From the NCBI GenBank assembly GCA_963749655.1, contig CAVVOB010000024.1:64001-128000 (forward strand): a stretch of DNA of 64,000 nucleotides, in the 5' to 3' direction. Below are positions 20,401 to 31,330 of the stretch, piece by piece. Source of the stretch: Nitrospirota bacterium (GTDB taxonomy: Bacteria; Nitrospirota; UBA9217). The notes below the pieces were generated by a model. It was not told the DNA's origin. It saw only the letters and a program-made list of their open reading frames with translations, and did no database searches. The position numbers and the translations under genes were made by a program. Numbering within the stretch: position 1 is the first letter of the stretch; every line of letters begins with the position of its first letter.

Positions 20401-20995
20401 GACCGCCCCGTTTCAGGGACCGATCAATTCCGTTCACTTCAGATCCTCGATGAACTCGCTCAGAACGATTCCCTCACTCAAAGGGATCTGAGCGGCCGCC
20501 TCGGCATAGCCCTCGGTCTGGTCAATTCGTACATCAAGAACCTCGTGGCAAAAGGCTTCATTACGGTCAAGGCGATCCCTCCGAAACGCTACACGTATTA
20601 CCTCACGCCCAAGGGCTTTACGGAAAAAACCCGCCTCGCCTACGACCTTCTCCAGGATTATACGCGTATCTACCGGGAAGCAAAAAACAACCTGCGGTCA
20701 CTGTTCGAGGGATCTGACCGGAAAAGGGATCCGCAAGGTGGTCTTCGCGGGATCAGACGAAGTCGCTGAAATCGCCTACATGACGCTGCAGGAGACAACG
20801 TTGGAACTTGTCGCGGTCGTCGACCCCGATACCAACGGGTCGCTCTTTTTCGGGAAACAAATCAAGCCCATGGACGCTCTTCGCGACGTGAGCTACGATA
20901 CGATCATCGTCGCTTCCTACCTGAACAGGGAAAAAATCTATCAAGCCCTCTTGAGTCAGGGAGCGAAAAAGAAGGACATCAGGATGATCTTCTGA
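20392..20995 (+). CDS. Winged-helix (MarR-like, polysaccharide-locus-associated) regulator with C-terminal Rossmann-like domain (frame break near 20710-20740)
   Basis: LTQRDLSGRLGIALGLVNSYIKNL...YYLTPKGFTEK; continues in 20738..20995 (VVFAGSDEVAEIAY...YDTIIVAS). Confidence 0.85.
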
Positions 20996-21090
20996 ATCAG
21001 AAGGCTGGAAATGCAGATGGTCAGCAGCTTTGAGGATTGGAGTCGTCCGATCCTTTGCTCTTCTAAATCATCCTCAAAAGGAGTTGCTCC

Positions 21091-21861
21091 ATGAAAGTGG
21101 TCATCCTTGCGGGCGGACTGGGTACGAGAATCAGCGAAGAGACCGTCGTGCGGCCGAAGCCCATGGTCGAGATCGGCGGCAAACCGATCTTGTGGCACAT
21201 CATGAAGATCTATTCTCATTACGGCTTCAATGATTTTATCATCTGCCTCGGGTTCAAGGGTTACATGATCAAGGAGTATTTTTCCAACTACTTTCTCCAT
21301 ATGAGCGACGTCACCTTCGATATGCAGAAAAATTCCATGATGGTCCACCAGCAGTACGTCGAGCCCTGGAAAGTCACGCTGGTTGACACCGGCATGGAAT
21401 CGATGACCGGCGGAAGGCTGAAACGCGTCGCTTCGTATATCAACGACGATACTTTCATGCTCACCTACGGAGACGGATTGTCGGACGTCAACATCCGGGA
21501 GCTTCTCGCCTTTCACGAGAAGCATGGGAAATCAGCGACAGTTACCGCAACCCAGCCTTCCGGCAGGTTCGGGGCGCTCAGTCTCGACAGTTCGCTCAAC
21601 GTAACTTCGTTTCAGGAAAAGCCGGTAGGCGACGGTTCGTGGATCAACGGCGGATTTTTTATACTCGAACCTAAGATGCTCGACCGCATCGCCGGCGACT
21701 CGACCGTGTTCGAAAAAGAGCCGCTCGAAGGCCTCGCCCGTGACCGGGAACTGGTCGCGTACAAACATTCCGGTTTTTGGCAGCCCATGGACACGCTTCG
21801 CGACAAGATGCATCTTGAGGAACTCTGGAACAGGGGGAAGGCGCCGTGGAAGGTATGGTAG
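21091..21861 (+). CDS. rfbF: Glucose-1-phosphate cytidylyltransferase
   Basis: [55 protein letters not shown]. Confidence 0.96.
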   Translation: MKVVILAGGLGTRISEETVVRPKPMVEIGGKPILWHIMKIYSHYGFNDFIICLGFKGYMIKEYFSNYFLHMSDVTFDMQKNSMMVHQQYVEPWKVTLVDTGMESMTGGRLKRVASYINDDTFMLTYGDGLSDVNIRELLAFHEKHGKSATVTATQPSGRFGALSLDSSLNVTSFQEKPVGDGSWINGGFFILEPKMLDRIAGDSTVFEKEPLEGLARDRELVAYKHSGFWQPMDTLRDKMHLEELWNRGKAPWKVW

Positions 21862-22941
21862 CGAACGGTTTCTATCGCGGGAAAAAGGTCTTTCTCACCG
21901 GCCACACAGGTTTCAAAGGTTCCTGGCTCTGCCTCTGGCTTCACATGCTCGGAGCGGAGGTCACCGGCTATGCCCTGGATCCGCCGACCGAGCCCAGCCT
22001 GTTCGAACTCGGCAACATCGGGAAGCTGATGCGATCGACCATAGCCGATGTACGGGACGGAGAACGGCTGACAAAAGCCATGAGAGAAGCGAAGCCGGAC
22101 GTCGTCCTCCACATGGCCGCGCAGCCCCTCGTGCGCGATTCCTATAAAATACCCGTCGAGACCTATGCGATCAATGTCATGGGCACGGTAAACCTGTTGG
22201 AAGCCGTGCGTGCGACTTCATCGGTGCGGGCCGTCGTAAATGTGACGACGGATAAGTGCTACGACAACAAGGAATGGGACCTGGGGATACCGGGAGAATG
22301 AGGCGCTCGGAGGATACGACCCCTACTCGAACAGCAAGGCCTGCTCAGAGCTCGTGACCTCTGCCTACCGGAATTCCTACTTCAATCCGAAAGAGTACGC
22401 TCATCACGGCGTCGCTGTCGCCTCGGCCCGGGCGGGGAATGTTATCGGCGGCGGAGACTGGGCAACGGACAGGCTCATCCCCGACTGTGTCAGGGCGATC
22501 CTCAAGAACGAAAGCATCGTCATCAGAAACCCGGAGGCAATCAGGCCATGGCAGCATGTCCTGGAACCGCTGTCCGGATATCTCCTGCTGGCGCAAAGGC
22601 TTTTCGAAGAAGGCCCGCGCTATGCGGAGGCGTGGAATTTCGGACCCGATGAAAGCGACGCACAACCCGTGGAATGGATCGTCGGTAAACTCTGCGAGAA
22701 GTGGGGCGAACAGGCGTCGTACCGGATAGACGCCGGGAAGCACCCGCACGAGGCGCACTACCTGAAGCTGGATTGCTCGAAAGCCAAATCGAACCTGGGC
22801 TGGAAGCCGAAATGGGACCTGAAAAAGGCCCTGGACAGCATCATTGAGTGGACGAAGGCGTATTCTGCGAAGAATGATGTCGCCGACCTCTGCCGGAAGC
22901 AGATACGGGAATATTCGACCGAGGAGAAGCGAGACCGATGA
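21855..22941 (+). CDS. rfbG: CDP-glucose 4,6-dehydratase (frame break near 22280)
   Basis: [50 protein letters not shown]. Confidence 0.95.
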
Positions 22942-24158
22942 ATTGCAGGTTCTGCGGGACAAAGGACATTTTCAAATTTCTCGAACTGGGGACCATGGCG
23001 CTGGCGAACAGTTTTCTCACCAAAGAAGAGCTGACGTCGGCAAAGGAACCGGCATATCCCCTTGATGTTTTCTTCTGCGAACGATGCGGGCTCGTCCAGA
23101 TCGGACATGTCGTCCCACCCGATGCGCTCTTCAGCAATTACATCTACTTCTCCGCCACATCGGACCTCGTGCACCGGCATGCCGCCTATCTGGCCCAAAG
23201 CTTTCAAAGCCGTTTCCGCCTGAATGCGCAGTCACTCGTCGTCGAGATCGCGAGCAATGACGGTACAGTGCTGCAGTATTTCAAAAAAACGGGCGTCAAG
23301 ACGCTCGGGGTCGAGCCGGCCTACAATATTGCCACGGTCGCTGTCCAGGCAGGCATCGATACCGTCAACGAGTTCTTCAACGAACCGACATCCGAGTCGA
23401 TAAAAAAGCGTTACGGGGCGGCCGACGTCATTCTCGGGAGACATGTCTTCGCCCACGTTCCGGAAATCCACGGTTTCGTCAGGGGGCTGAAGAACCTGCT
23501 GGCGCCGGATGGAGTCGTTGCGATTGAAGCCCCCTACCTGATCGATTTCGTCGAGAAGAATGAATTCGACACCGTCTATCACGAACATTACTCCTATCTT
23601 TCCGTCCGGGCGATGTCCCATCTTTTCAACATGTACGACATGGAGGTGTTCGATGCCGAGCGGGTCCCGATCCACGGCGGCTCTCTCATCTACTTCATCG
23701 GGCATACAGGGGCGCACCCGAAGACCGAGACGATAGCGGCCCTCTCCGGGGCGGAACTCGAAAAGAATCTCGATAAGAAAGAAACTTATGTTGCCTTTGC
23801 CGAAAGGACTTCCGCTCTCAGGGCCGGCCTGGTCGGCCTTCTTCGGGATCTGAAAAAATCCGGGAAACGCATCGCTGCCTATGGAGCTCCGGCAAAAGGA
23901 AATACGCTCCTCAATTACTGCGGCATCACGACAGACCTCGTCGAATATACGGTCGACAAGAGTCCCTACAAGCAGAATCTCTTCACCCCGGGGACACACT
24001 TGCCCGTTTATCATCCCGACAAGCTCGTCCAGGACATGCCTGATTACGTTCTCCTGCTCGCCTGGAATTTTGCGGACGAAATCCTGGAGCAGCAGAAGGC
24101 ATACCGGAACAAGGGAGGGAAATTCATCGTCCCCATTCCGGTAGTGAGAATAGTATAA
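22938..24158 (+). CDS. SAM-dependent NDP-sugar C-methyltransferase
   Basis: CRFC...CERCGLVQ zinc site, [47 protein letters not shown]. Confidence 0.9.
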   Translation: MNCRFCGTKDIFKFLELGTMALANSFLTKEELTSAKEPAYPLDVFFCERCGLVQIGHVVPPDALFSNYIYFSATSDLVHRHAAYLAQSFQSRFRLNAQSLVVEIASNDGTVLQYFKKTGVKTLGVEPAYNIATVAVQAGIDTVNEFFNEPTSESIKKRYGAADVILGRHVFAHVPEIHGFVRGLKNLLAPDGVVAIEAPYLIDFVEKNEFDTVYHEHYSYLSVRAMSHLFNMYDMEVFDAERVPIHGGSLIYFIGHTGAHPKTETIAALSGAELEKNLDKKETYVAFAERTSALRAGLVGLLRDLKKSGKRIAAYGAPAKGNTLLNYCGITTDLVEYTVDKSPYKQNLFTPGTHLPVYHPDKLVQDMPDYVLLLAWNFADEILEQQKAYRNKGGKFIVPIPVVRIV

Positions 24159-24218
24159 GCAGTAACCCGTGAGCGGCAGGCGTTAAGGCCGCAGCTCACC
24201 TTTGAGGACAGTGCTTTT

Positions 24219-24749
24219 ATGCTTTTCTCCGAAACAAAACTGAAAGGCGCTTACTGCATCGAAATAGAACGTCGCAAAGACGATCGGGGCTTCTTCGGCC
24301 GGAGCTTTTGTCAGAGCGAATTTGCCGGACAGGGCCTCGAAACCGTCGTTGTCCAGTGCAATGTTTCCTTCAATCAAAAGAAAGGAACGCTCCGCGGCAT
24401 GCATTTTCAGGCGCCGCCCAAGGCCGAAGCCAAACTGGTGCGCTGCACACGCGGGAGGATTTTTGACGTCATCGTCGACCTCCGTCCTGAATCCCCGACC
24501 TATTGCGAGTGGACAGCGGTCGAGCTGTCGGCGGATAATTACCGGATGCTCTACATCCCGGAAAACTTTGCCCACGGATTCCAGACGCTTGAAGACGACA
24601 CCGAGGTCTTTTATCAAATGTTTGAATCTTACGCGCCTGATCTGGCGCGCGGGGTGAGGTGGGATGACCCGGCCTTCGGCATAACGTGGCCGATCGCGGA
24701 TCCGATCATCTCGGAGAAGGACCGCTTGTATAAGCCCTGGAGACGGTAA
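24219..24749 (+). CDS. rfbC: NDP-4-keto-6-deoxyglucose 3,5-epimerase
   Basis: DDRGFF, GTLRGMHFQ, KLVRC..G.IFDVIVDLR, FAHGFQTL, WDDP. Confidence 0.92.
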   Translation: MLFSETKLKGAYCIEIERRKDDRGFFGRSFCQSEFAGQGLETVVVQCNVSFNQKKGTLRGMHFQAPPKAEAKLVRCTRGRIFDVIVDLRPESPTYCEWTAVELSADNYRMLYIPENFAHGFQTLEDDTEVFYQMFESYAPDLARGVRWDDPAFGITWPIADPIISEKDRLYKPWRR

Positions 24750-24803
24750 ACAGCAGGCCGTCAGCTGCCAAACTGCTCACCGCTCACGTTCCACGAGGTT
24801 TTC

Positions 24804-25673
24804 GTGAAGATTCTCTTGATCGGCAAAACCGGCCAGCTCGGCGGCGACATCCTGCGCAATAACAGCAGCCACGAAATCGTCGCGCCCGATCGCGCTGAAC
24901 TCGACATCCGGTCTTCACACTCGATCGAAAACGCCGTCGATCGACACCGGCCCGATGCAGTGATCAATACCGCTGCCTTTCACAACGTTCCACTTTGCGA
25001 ACAAGATCCGGACAACGCCTTTCGGGTGAATTGCGTAGCCGTGAGGGACCTTGCGGCCGCCTGCAATCGCATCGGCGCTCTCTTCATCACCTTCAGCTCC
25101 GACTACGTGTTCGGCGGAGACAAACGTACTCCCTATCGGGAAGACGACAGGCCCGCTCCGCTCCAGATCTACGGAATGTCCCGGCTCGTCGGCGAGTATG
25201 CCGCTCTCTCAGCGTGCCCCGGCCGGGCAATCGTTATCAGGACCTGCGGGCTCTACGGGGTATCGGGCTCACAATCGAAGGGCGGCAATTTCGTTGACAA
25301 GCGCATCGAGGATGCGAAGACCCATGTAGCAATAGACATGGGAAACGACCAGACGGTTTCTCCCACCTCGACCCATGACCTCAGCCTGGCCGTGCTGAAG
25401 CTCATCGGGCATCCGACAAAGGAACCGGGAATCTATCATCTGGTCAACGAAGGCGCATGTACGTGGTATGAATTCACGAAGGCGATCTATGAAATCATGA
25501 GGCTTGCGGTCAAGGTGACTCCGGTCGACCGGGGAGGGAAAAGCGGCGATATGCGGCGGCCGCTCTATTCTGCGCTGGCCAACAGCCGGGGGCCGTCGCT
25601 CGGAATCGTCCTGCCATCCTGGCGGGATGCGCTGGAGCGATATTTGACGAGAAAACAGGGGATTGACTCTTAA
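24804..25673 (+). CDS. rfbD: NDP-4-dehydrorhamnose reductase family
   Basis: IGKTGQLGG, INTAAF, SSDYVFGG, YGMSR (YxxxK variant), DQTVSPT, RRPLYSAL. Confidence 0.88.
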   Translation: MKILLIGKTGQLGGDILRNNSSHEIVAPDRAELDIRSSHSIENAVDRHRPDAVINTAAFHNVPLCEQDPDNAFRVNCVAVRDLAAACNRIGALFITFSSDYVFGGDKRTPYREDDRPAPLQIYGMSRLVGEYAALSACPGRAIVIRTCGLYGVSGSQSKGGNFVDKRIEDAKTHVAIDMGNDQTVSPTSTHDLSLAVLKLIGHPTKEPGIYHLVNEGACTWYEFTKAIYEIMRLAVKVTPVDRGGKSGDMRRPLYSALANSRGPSLGIVLPSWRDALERYLTRKQGIDS

Positions 25674-25691
25674 AGACGCCGAAGCCGTCCC

Positions 25692-26546
25692 GTGATGGCG
25701 GTGCAGGATATATTGATCATGTCTGATCTTTGCGTAGTGCATTTAGTTCGTGCAAAAAACACCATTGAACCGTTCGCGCATTTTCTCCAATCGTACAAAG
25801 ATAACCGCGGCGGGATGGAGCATGACCTGCTGTTTGTATTCAAGGGATTTCACGGCGACGAATGCCCTCCCGAATATGACGACGCACTGAGGGGATTTCC
25901 TCACAGGAAGTTTTTTGTGAACGATTTCGGTTTCGATATACGGGCATACTTCTCGGTAGCCCGCGCTTATAACTACAAGTTCTTCTGTTTTCTTAATTCC
26001 TTCAGCACGCTTTTGGACCGGGACTGGCTCGTGAAGCTGTATTCTCACCTGAGCAGAAAAAATATCGGCCTCGTCTCCGCGACGGGGTCCTATGAAAGCC
26101 CTTATTCAAATATTCTCAGGGAGCAGCAGCACGATGAACGTATAAATGGATCGGTGTCCCGAAGACTGCGGAGATATCTGGCTCGGACGGCCTATCGCTT
26201 CGCCTATGACCCCTATCCGAACTACCACGTGCGCACAAACGGATTCATGATCTCGCGTGATGTGATGAGCAAAATACACTCCGGATTAATTCTTACGAAA
26301 GAGAACGCGCATCGATTCGAAAGCGGCAGAAAGAGTTTAACCAAGCAGGTTCTCCGCATGAATCTGAAAGTGCTGGTGATCGGTAAAAACGGCACGGCTT
26401 ACGAGAAGGAAGACTGGTGCAGTTCCGGCACATTCCGGCAGGGAGAGCAAAACAACTTGCTTATTGCCGATAATCAAACGAGTGCTTACCTGCATGCGAG
26501 TCCCGATCTGAAATCCAAATTAGCGCGGCTTGCATGGGGTGCTTAG
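25692..26546 (+). CDS. Hypothetical protein, putative glycosyltransferase (RgpF-like motifs)
   Basis: Long ORF within the operon; GFDIRAY, CFLNS, HVRTNGF and FESG loosely recall the rhamnan synthesis F family; start may be the ATG at 25719. Confidence 0.55.
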   Translation: MMAVQDILIMSDLCVVHLVRAKNTIEPFAHFLQSYKDNRGGMEHDLLFVFKGFHGDECPPEYDDALRGFPHRKFFVNDFGFDIRAYFSVARAYNYKFFCFLNSFSTLLDRDWLVKLYSHLSRKNIGLVSATGSYESPYSNILREQQHDERINGSVSRRLRRYLARTAYRFAYDPYPNYHVRTNGFMISRDVMSKIHSGLILTKENAHRFESGRKSLTKQVLRMNLKVLVIGKNGTAYEKEDWCSSGTFRQGEQNNLLIADNQTSAYLHASPDLKSKLARLAWGA

Positions 26547-26555
26547 GCGTTCATT

Positions 26556-28067
26556 GTGGAAGAACATGAAAGAGATTCGGTCAAAACGAATATAATCGCA
26601 AATTTTGCAGGCAAGGCATGGACCAGTATCATGAGTTTGGCCTTCATTCCCGTGTATATCAAATTTATGGGAATAGAAGCGTACGGGCTCATAGGAATAT
26701 TCGTGTCGTTAATGGCCTTGCTTTCCGTACTGGATATGGGGCTCAGCTCCACCCTCAGCCGAGAATTGGCGAGATTGTTCGCCTCAGGAGATACGGAGCA
26801 GGAATCACGGGATATCGTCCGAACGCTTGAATATGTCTACTGGAGCGTCGGCATACTCATCGCTTCGGGACTGATCGTCTCGGCTCCCTACATGGCTCGC
26901 CACTGGATATCAACGCAGGCAGTTCCCATCCAGACCGTTCAGCAGGCCCTGATGATCATGGGCCTGGTTGTGGCATTTCAGTGGCCTGCCTCATTCTATG
27001 ACGGCGGCCTGATGGGCTTGCAGCGCCAGGTCCTGCTGAACGGCGTAAGAGGAGTAATGGCGACTATCCAGCACGCAGGCGCGGTGCTGGTGTTATGGCT
27101 TGTCTCCCCTTCTATCCTTGCGTATTTTACATGGCAAATCATCGTCAGCATGGTGCAAACCGTGCTCCTTGCCCGCTCCGTTTGGACCTCCCTTCCAGCG
27201 GCCTCGGGGAAAAGCTCATTTCGCATCGATCTCATGAAAAAAAATTTGCGGTTCGCAATGGGCTTGACGAGCATTTCGATCCTGTCGGTCGTTTTGACCC
27301 AAACGGACAAGATTATCCTGAGCAAACTGCTTACGCTCACCGCATTCGGCTATTATACGCTTGCCTTTAATCTGGCAAATTCATTGAGTCAATTGGTGCT
27401 GCCCATATTACTGGCATTATTCCCGAGACTCTCGCAGCTCGCGCTGCACAAGGAGAGGGAAGCGGACATTGCCGCTCTTTACCACAGCGGGTGCCAGCTT
27501 GTTTCAACCATCGTCCTGCCTGCTGCATTTGTGGTAACCTTTTTTTCCGAAAATATTATGCTGCTGTGGGTCCATGACCAGGCAATCGCACAGCATACGC
27601 ACCTTCTCCTGAGCTTACTGATTGCGGGATCGACGCTCAACTCCTTAATGCTGCTTCCTCTCACCCTGCAGCTGTCATACGGCTGGACAAAACTGTCCTT
27701 TTTTAAAAATATAGTTGCCGTCATTCTCTACATTCCGCTTCTTCTGTGGCTGGTCAGCCGTGCGGGAGCCATCGGCGCTGCGGTTGTATGGATTTTATTG
27801 AATGCAGGATACTTCTTGATGGAAATCCCGATCATGCACACTCGGCTGCTTAAAAATGAAATGTGGCGTTGGTATTTCAAAGACGTAGGCGTGCCTGTGC
27901 TTATCGTTGCATCTGTTGCAGGGCTGTCCCGCATTTTGTTGCCGCAGGACGGATCATCTCTCTTCATTTTCGGCTGGATCGTCGTTACGGGCTTATCTGC
28001 GCTTTTTTTCACGGCAATGACATTCCCCTTTACCTACGAATGGCTGAGACGGGCTAAAAACACATGA
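26556..28067 (+). CDS. wzx: Wzx-type polysaccharide flippase
   Basis: Many TM segments; GIEAYGLIG, LDMGLS, QTDKIILSKLL...FGYYTLA, FPRLS. Confidence 0.88.
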   Translation: MEEHERDSVKTNIIANFAGKAWTSIMSLAFIPVYIKFMGIEAYGLIGIFVSLMALLSVLDMGLSSTLSRELARLFASGDTEQESRDIVRTLEYVYWSVGILIASGLIVSAPYMARHWISTQAVPIQTVQQALMIMGLVVAFQWPASFYDGGLMGLQRQVLLNGVRGVMATIQHAGAVLVLWLVSPSILAYFTWQIIVSMVQTVLLARSVWTSLPAASGKSSFRIDLMKKNLRFAMGLTSISILSVVLTQTDKIILSKLLTLTAFGYYTLAFNLANSLSQLVLPILLALFPRLSQLALHKEREADIAALYHSGCQLVSTIVLPAAFVVTFFSENIMLLWVHDQAIAQHTHLLLSLLIAGSTLNSLMLLPLTLQLSYGWTKLSFFKNIVAVILYIPLLLWLVSRAGAIGAAVVWILLNAGYFLMEIPIMHTRLLKNEMWRWYFKDVGVPVLIVASVAGLSRILLPQDGSSLFIFGWIVVTGLSALFFTAMTFPFTYEWLRRAKNT

Positions 28068-29050
28068 CTGCGCTCTGTCCGGTTTGTAAAAGCAAATCAC
28101 CATACTATTTCGAAGCGGGAGATTTCAACCAGGAAATTTCTGCTGAGGTCTTTCGTTATTACAGATGCCCTTCGTGCAAGCTTGTCTTTTTGTCCCCGGT
28201 GCCGGACAATCTTGGATCCTTTTATCGCGAAACGTATCCAGCCTATCAGATGCCGTCATTGCAGGAACTTGATGCGATGGCCGCTCAGGAGCGCTACAAA
28301 CTGGACATCGTCCAAAAATTTTCCCGCAAAGGAAGACTGCTCGAAATCGGGCCGTCGTATGGCGCTTTTGCATATCTGGCGAAGAAAGCGGGATTCGAGG
28401 TTGAAGCCATCGAAATGGATCCTCGTTGTTGCCAATACTTATCAGACACGGTCGGAATAAAGGCGATCAATACAAACGATGTTGACGCTTCCCTTCGGAC
28501 ACTAGGGCCGTACGATGTGATAGCGCTCTGGCACGTCATCGAACATTTACCGAATCCCCTAAAAACACTTGAGACGATTTCCGGTAAGTTAAGGCAGGGC
28601 GGCATCCTCGTGATAGCATCTCCCAATCCGGACGCTCTTCAGTTCAGGATATTCGGCAGATACTGGACACACGTAGATGCTCCACGCCATCTTCGGCTCA
28701 TTCCAATGACCACTCTCGCGGAGCAATTGAAAATGTTCGGCCTGCAAATTGTGCTGACCACTTCGACAGGCAAGGCCAGCCGCATTTTTCATGTTATCGG
28801 ATGGTGGGGCACATCGTTCAGAAACATTATCAAAGCCTCGCGTATGACGCTTCAATCTGCGTCGCCGGATCTTCACCATGGTTTCCTGAATAGATTTTTC
28901 ATTCAATCCTCGTTATTTTTCTCCGTCGGCTATAGATTGTTACTTTTCCTGTTGCTGAAGCCATTCGAAAGAATCAAAGGCCTCGGAGTCGCATACACCG
29001 TCGTTGCCCGGAAGACAGAGGGGCGCACCGGCCATGGAGACTCGCGGTGA
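28064..29050 (+). CDS. Class I SAM-dependent methyltransferase with N-terminal CxxC pairs
   Basis: CPVC...CPSC, LLEIGPSYG, WHVIEHL, DAPRHL. Confidence 0.88.
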   Translation: MTALCPVCKSKSPYYFEAGDFNQEISAEVFRYYRCPSCKLVFLSPVPDNLGSFYRETYPAYQMPSLQELDAMAAQERYKLDIVQKFSRKGRLLEIGPSYGAFAYLAKKAGFEVEAIEMDPRCCQYLSDTVGIKAINTNDVDASLRTLGPYDVIALWHVIEHLPNPLKTLETISGKLRQGGILVIASPNPDALQFRIFGRYWTHVDAPRHLRLIPMTTLAEQLKMFGLQIVLTTSTGKASRIFHVIGWWGTSFRNIIKASRMTLQSASPDLHHGFLNRFFIQSSLFFSVGYRLLLFLLLKPFERIKGLGVAYTVVARKTEGRTGHGDSR

Positions 29051-29080
29051 TTTCAAATTCGATATTCTGGAAATGAATTT

Positions 29081-30115
29081 ATGACCATCGGTGTTCTGAT
29101 ACCAACATTTAACAGAAAATCATACCTTGCGAAGGCGCTCCAGAGCGTTCTCGATCAATCGTATCAAAAGCTTGAGATTTTGGTTATCGACAACGGCTCG
29201 ACCGACGACACTGCGGAGTTCATGTCGGGTATATCAGACCCGCGGGTACGGTATGTCGTCAACGAAACCAATATTGGAATGATCGGCAGCATCAACAAAG
29301 GGGTCAAACTCTTCTCCGAGAACGTGGCCTGGAGTATGATTCTGAGTGACGACGATGCGCTGGCCAGGAGCTGTCTTGAAGAACTAGTGAAAACTGCTTC
29401 AAACACCGGAGCAACAAGCGTCGTCCATGCACACCGCGTCTTTATCGACGAGCAGGGAAACAGGATCCGTGAAGCCCGGCTCTCCCCTCGTGAGGAAACG
29501 GCTTTGGATTATTTCGACCTGCGGTCTCGTGGACGACGGGAATCCTACCTGACGGGAGTTCTGTTCAGCCGTGCGGCTTTTTATAAAATCGGAGGATATC
29601 CCCCGTTCTCGACCGGGCTCGGCAGTGACGATGCATTCATCTTCGCGCTGTCTCTGCAGGACCGGCTGATTTTCGAACAAGCAGCAATCGCGCTTGTCAG
29701 AATCCACCAAGATGCGGAAAGCAGATCAGGCACAGAAGGCGTGAAAAAGCTCGTAACGCTCAAGGAATTCTCCGCATACTGTCTTCGCACAGCGGACAAA
29801 TTCGGCAATTTCACGCCGGAGCAGCATCGTTCGTTCATCCGCAGTTTAAAGCGGTATGAGATAAACTTGAACTCCTACTGGTGGCGCACTGCTGTTCACG
29901 CCGCGCTCGCTCAGGGCACGGCCGAGGCACGTGACGAGTTAAAGCTTCTGCGTTCCTTTGTCAGGAATGATCGTCAGATTTTTTCGCTGAGGATACGGCT
30001 GAACATCTGCATCGAGAAAATGACGCACGTTAACCCTGAATCTTGCAGAGTTTATCGGACGTGGGGCAAGCTTGTCGACTATGCCCTCTTCCTGCTGCGA
30101 AATCGGCTGCCGTGA
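29081..30115 (+). CDS. Glycosyltransferase family 2
   Basis: VLIPTFNR, VIDNGSTD, ILSDDD. Confidence 0.9.
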   Translation: MTIGVLIPTFNRKSYLAKALQSVLDQSYQKLEILVIDNGSTDDTAEFMSGISDPRVRYVVNETNIGMIGSINKGVKLFSENVAWSMILSDDDALARSCLEELVKTASNTGATSVVHAHRVFIDEQGNRIREARLSPREETALDYFDLRSRGRRESYLTGVLFSRAAFYKIGGYPPFSTGLGSDDAFIFALSLQDRLIFEQAAIALVRIHQDAESRSGTEGVKKLVTLKEFSAYCLRTADKFGNFTPEQHRSFIRSLKRYEINLNSYWWRTAVHAALAQGTAEARDELKLLRSFVRNDRQIFSLRIRLNICIEKMTHVNPESCRVYRTWGKLVDYALFLLRNRLP

Positions 30116-30181
30116 GCAGCGAATAAAGCTGAGGAGAAGACCGTTTCGTAAAACCACTCGGCAACGAACAGACGAGGCGAC

Positions 30182-31324
30182 ATGATCTACAGACCAAAAA
30201 ATACAATCCTTGCACTTGTTCTCGAGGGGGCAGAACTGTGTCTATTTGCATTTGACCGGCTGTTTTTTTTCTTTTGCAGATCCATACCCCCGAAACAAGA
30301 CAATAAACTTCTTATTGTAAGACTTGATGCAATCGGTGACTTCGTAATCTGGCTGGCCGCTGCGAAAGAAATCCGTAATTTCTATTCCGGATATCAAGTC
30401 ACCTTGCTCGGAAATGACCTGTGGACGGATCTTGCACAGGAGCTGCCCTGGTTCGATGCCGTGTGGCCGCTTAACCGGAAGAGATTTCTGATGAATCCCT
30501 TCTACCGCTTGAAAATGCTCAATGCAATACGACGGGGCGGCTTCACCATCGTCCTCCACACGGTTTTCAACCGCGATTTTTTTGTGGGTGACTCAAGTGT
30601 TCGGGCAACCGGAGCTTCCCATCGCATCGGTTTTGAGGGAAGCACTGAAAACATCAAAGCGTGGCATAAAAGGATCAGCGACGCTTGGTATACGGCGCTC
30701 GTCCCCTCGGGTCAAAAGCATCAGCTGGCTCAGGACGCTGATTTTGTGGAACATCTCGGCTCAAAATACACCGCACGTTTACCGCACCTGCCGCGCTTCC
30801 CCTTGCCGAAAAAATTCCCGTTGAATGATTACTACGTCATCATACCAGGTGCGGGCCACGAAATGAGGCAATGGCCCCTTCAGAACTTTCAGGAAATAGC
30901 GCGACGCGTCTACAAGAAGACCGGCTTGCTAGGGGTGCTCTGTGGAGGGAAACGGGAGGCAGCTTTAAGCAGATCTTTTCTCGCAGATGCAGACTATCCG
31001 GTTATGGATTTAATCGGGCACACATCCCTGCTTGATTTAGCGGCGATCATAGCCCATGCCAAGGTTGTGATCGGAAACGATACCGGGGCAATTCACATTG
31101 CGGTTGCAGCTGCGACTCCCTCGCTCTGCATTCTCGGCGGCGCTCATCCTGGACGATACTTGCCTTACCCCCCCGACCTAAACGCACCGGTTAAGACCGT
31201 TATGCATTCAATGGATTGCTTCAATTGCGATTGGCACTGTATCGACAATTCATGCACGATCGTTCCCTGTATCGACAATATTTCAGTAGATGATGTCTGG
31301 AAAGATTTATCCGGTATTTTATAG
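30182..31324 (+). CDS. Glycosyltransferase family 9 (heptosyltransferase-like)
   Basis: RLDAIGDF, IPGAG...RQWP, IGNDTGAIHIAVA. Confidence 0.9.
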   Translation: MIYRPKNTILALVLEGAELCLFAFDRLFFFFCRSIPPKQDNKLLIVRLDAIGDFVIWLAAAKEIRNFYSGYQVTLLGNDLWTDLAQELPWFDAVWPLNRKRFLMNPFYRLKMLNAIRRGGFTIVLHTVFNRDFFVGDSSVRATGASHRIGFEGSTENIKAWHKRISDAWYTALVPSGQKHQLAQDADFVEHLGSKYTARLPHLPRFPLPKKFPLNDYYVIIPGAGHEMRQWPLQNFQEIARRVYKKTGLLGVLCGGKREAALSRSFLADADYPVMDLIGHTSLLDLAAIIAHAKVVIGNDTGAIHIAVAAATPSLCILGGAHPGRYLPYPPDLNAPVKTVMHSMDCFNCDWHCIDNSCTIVPCIDNISVDDVWKDLSGIL

Positions 31325-31330
31325 GAAAGC

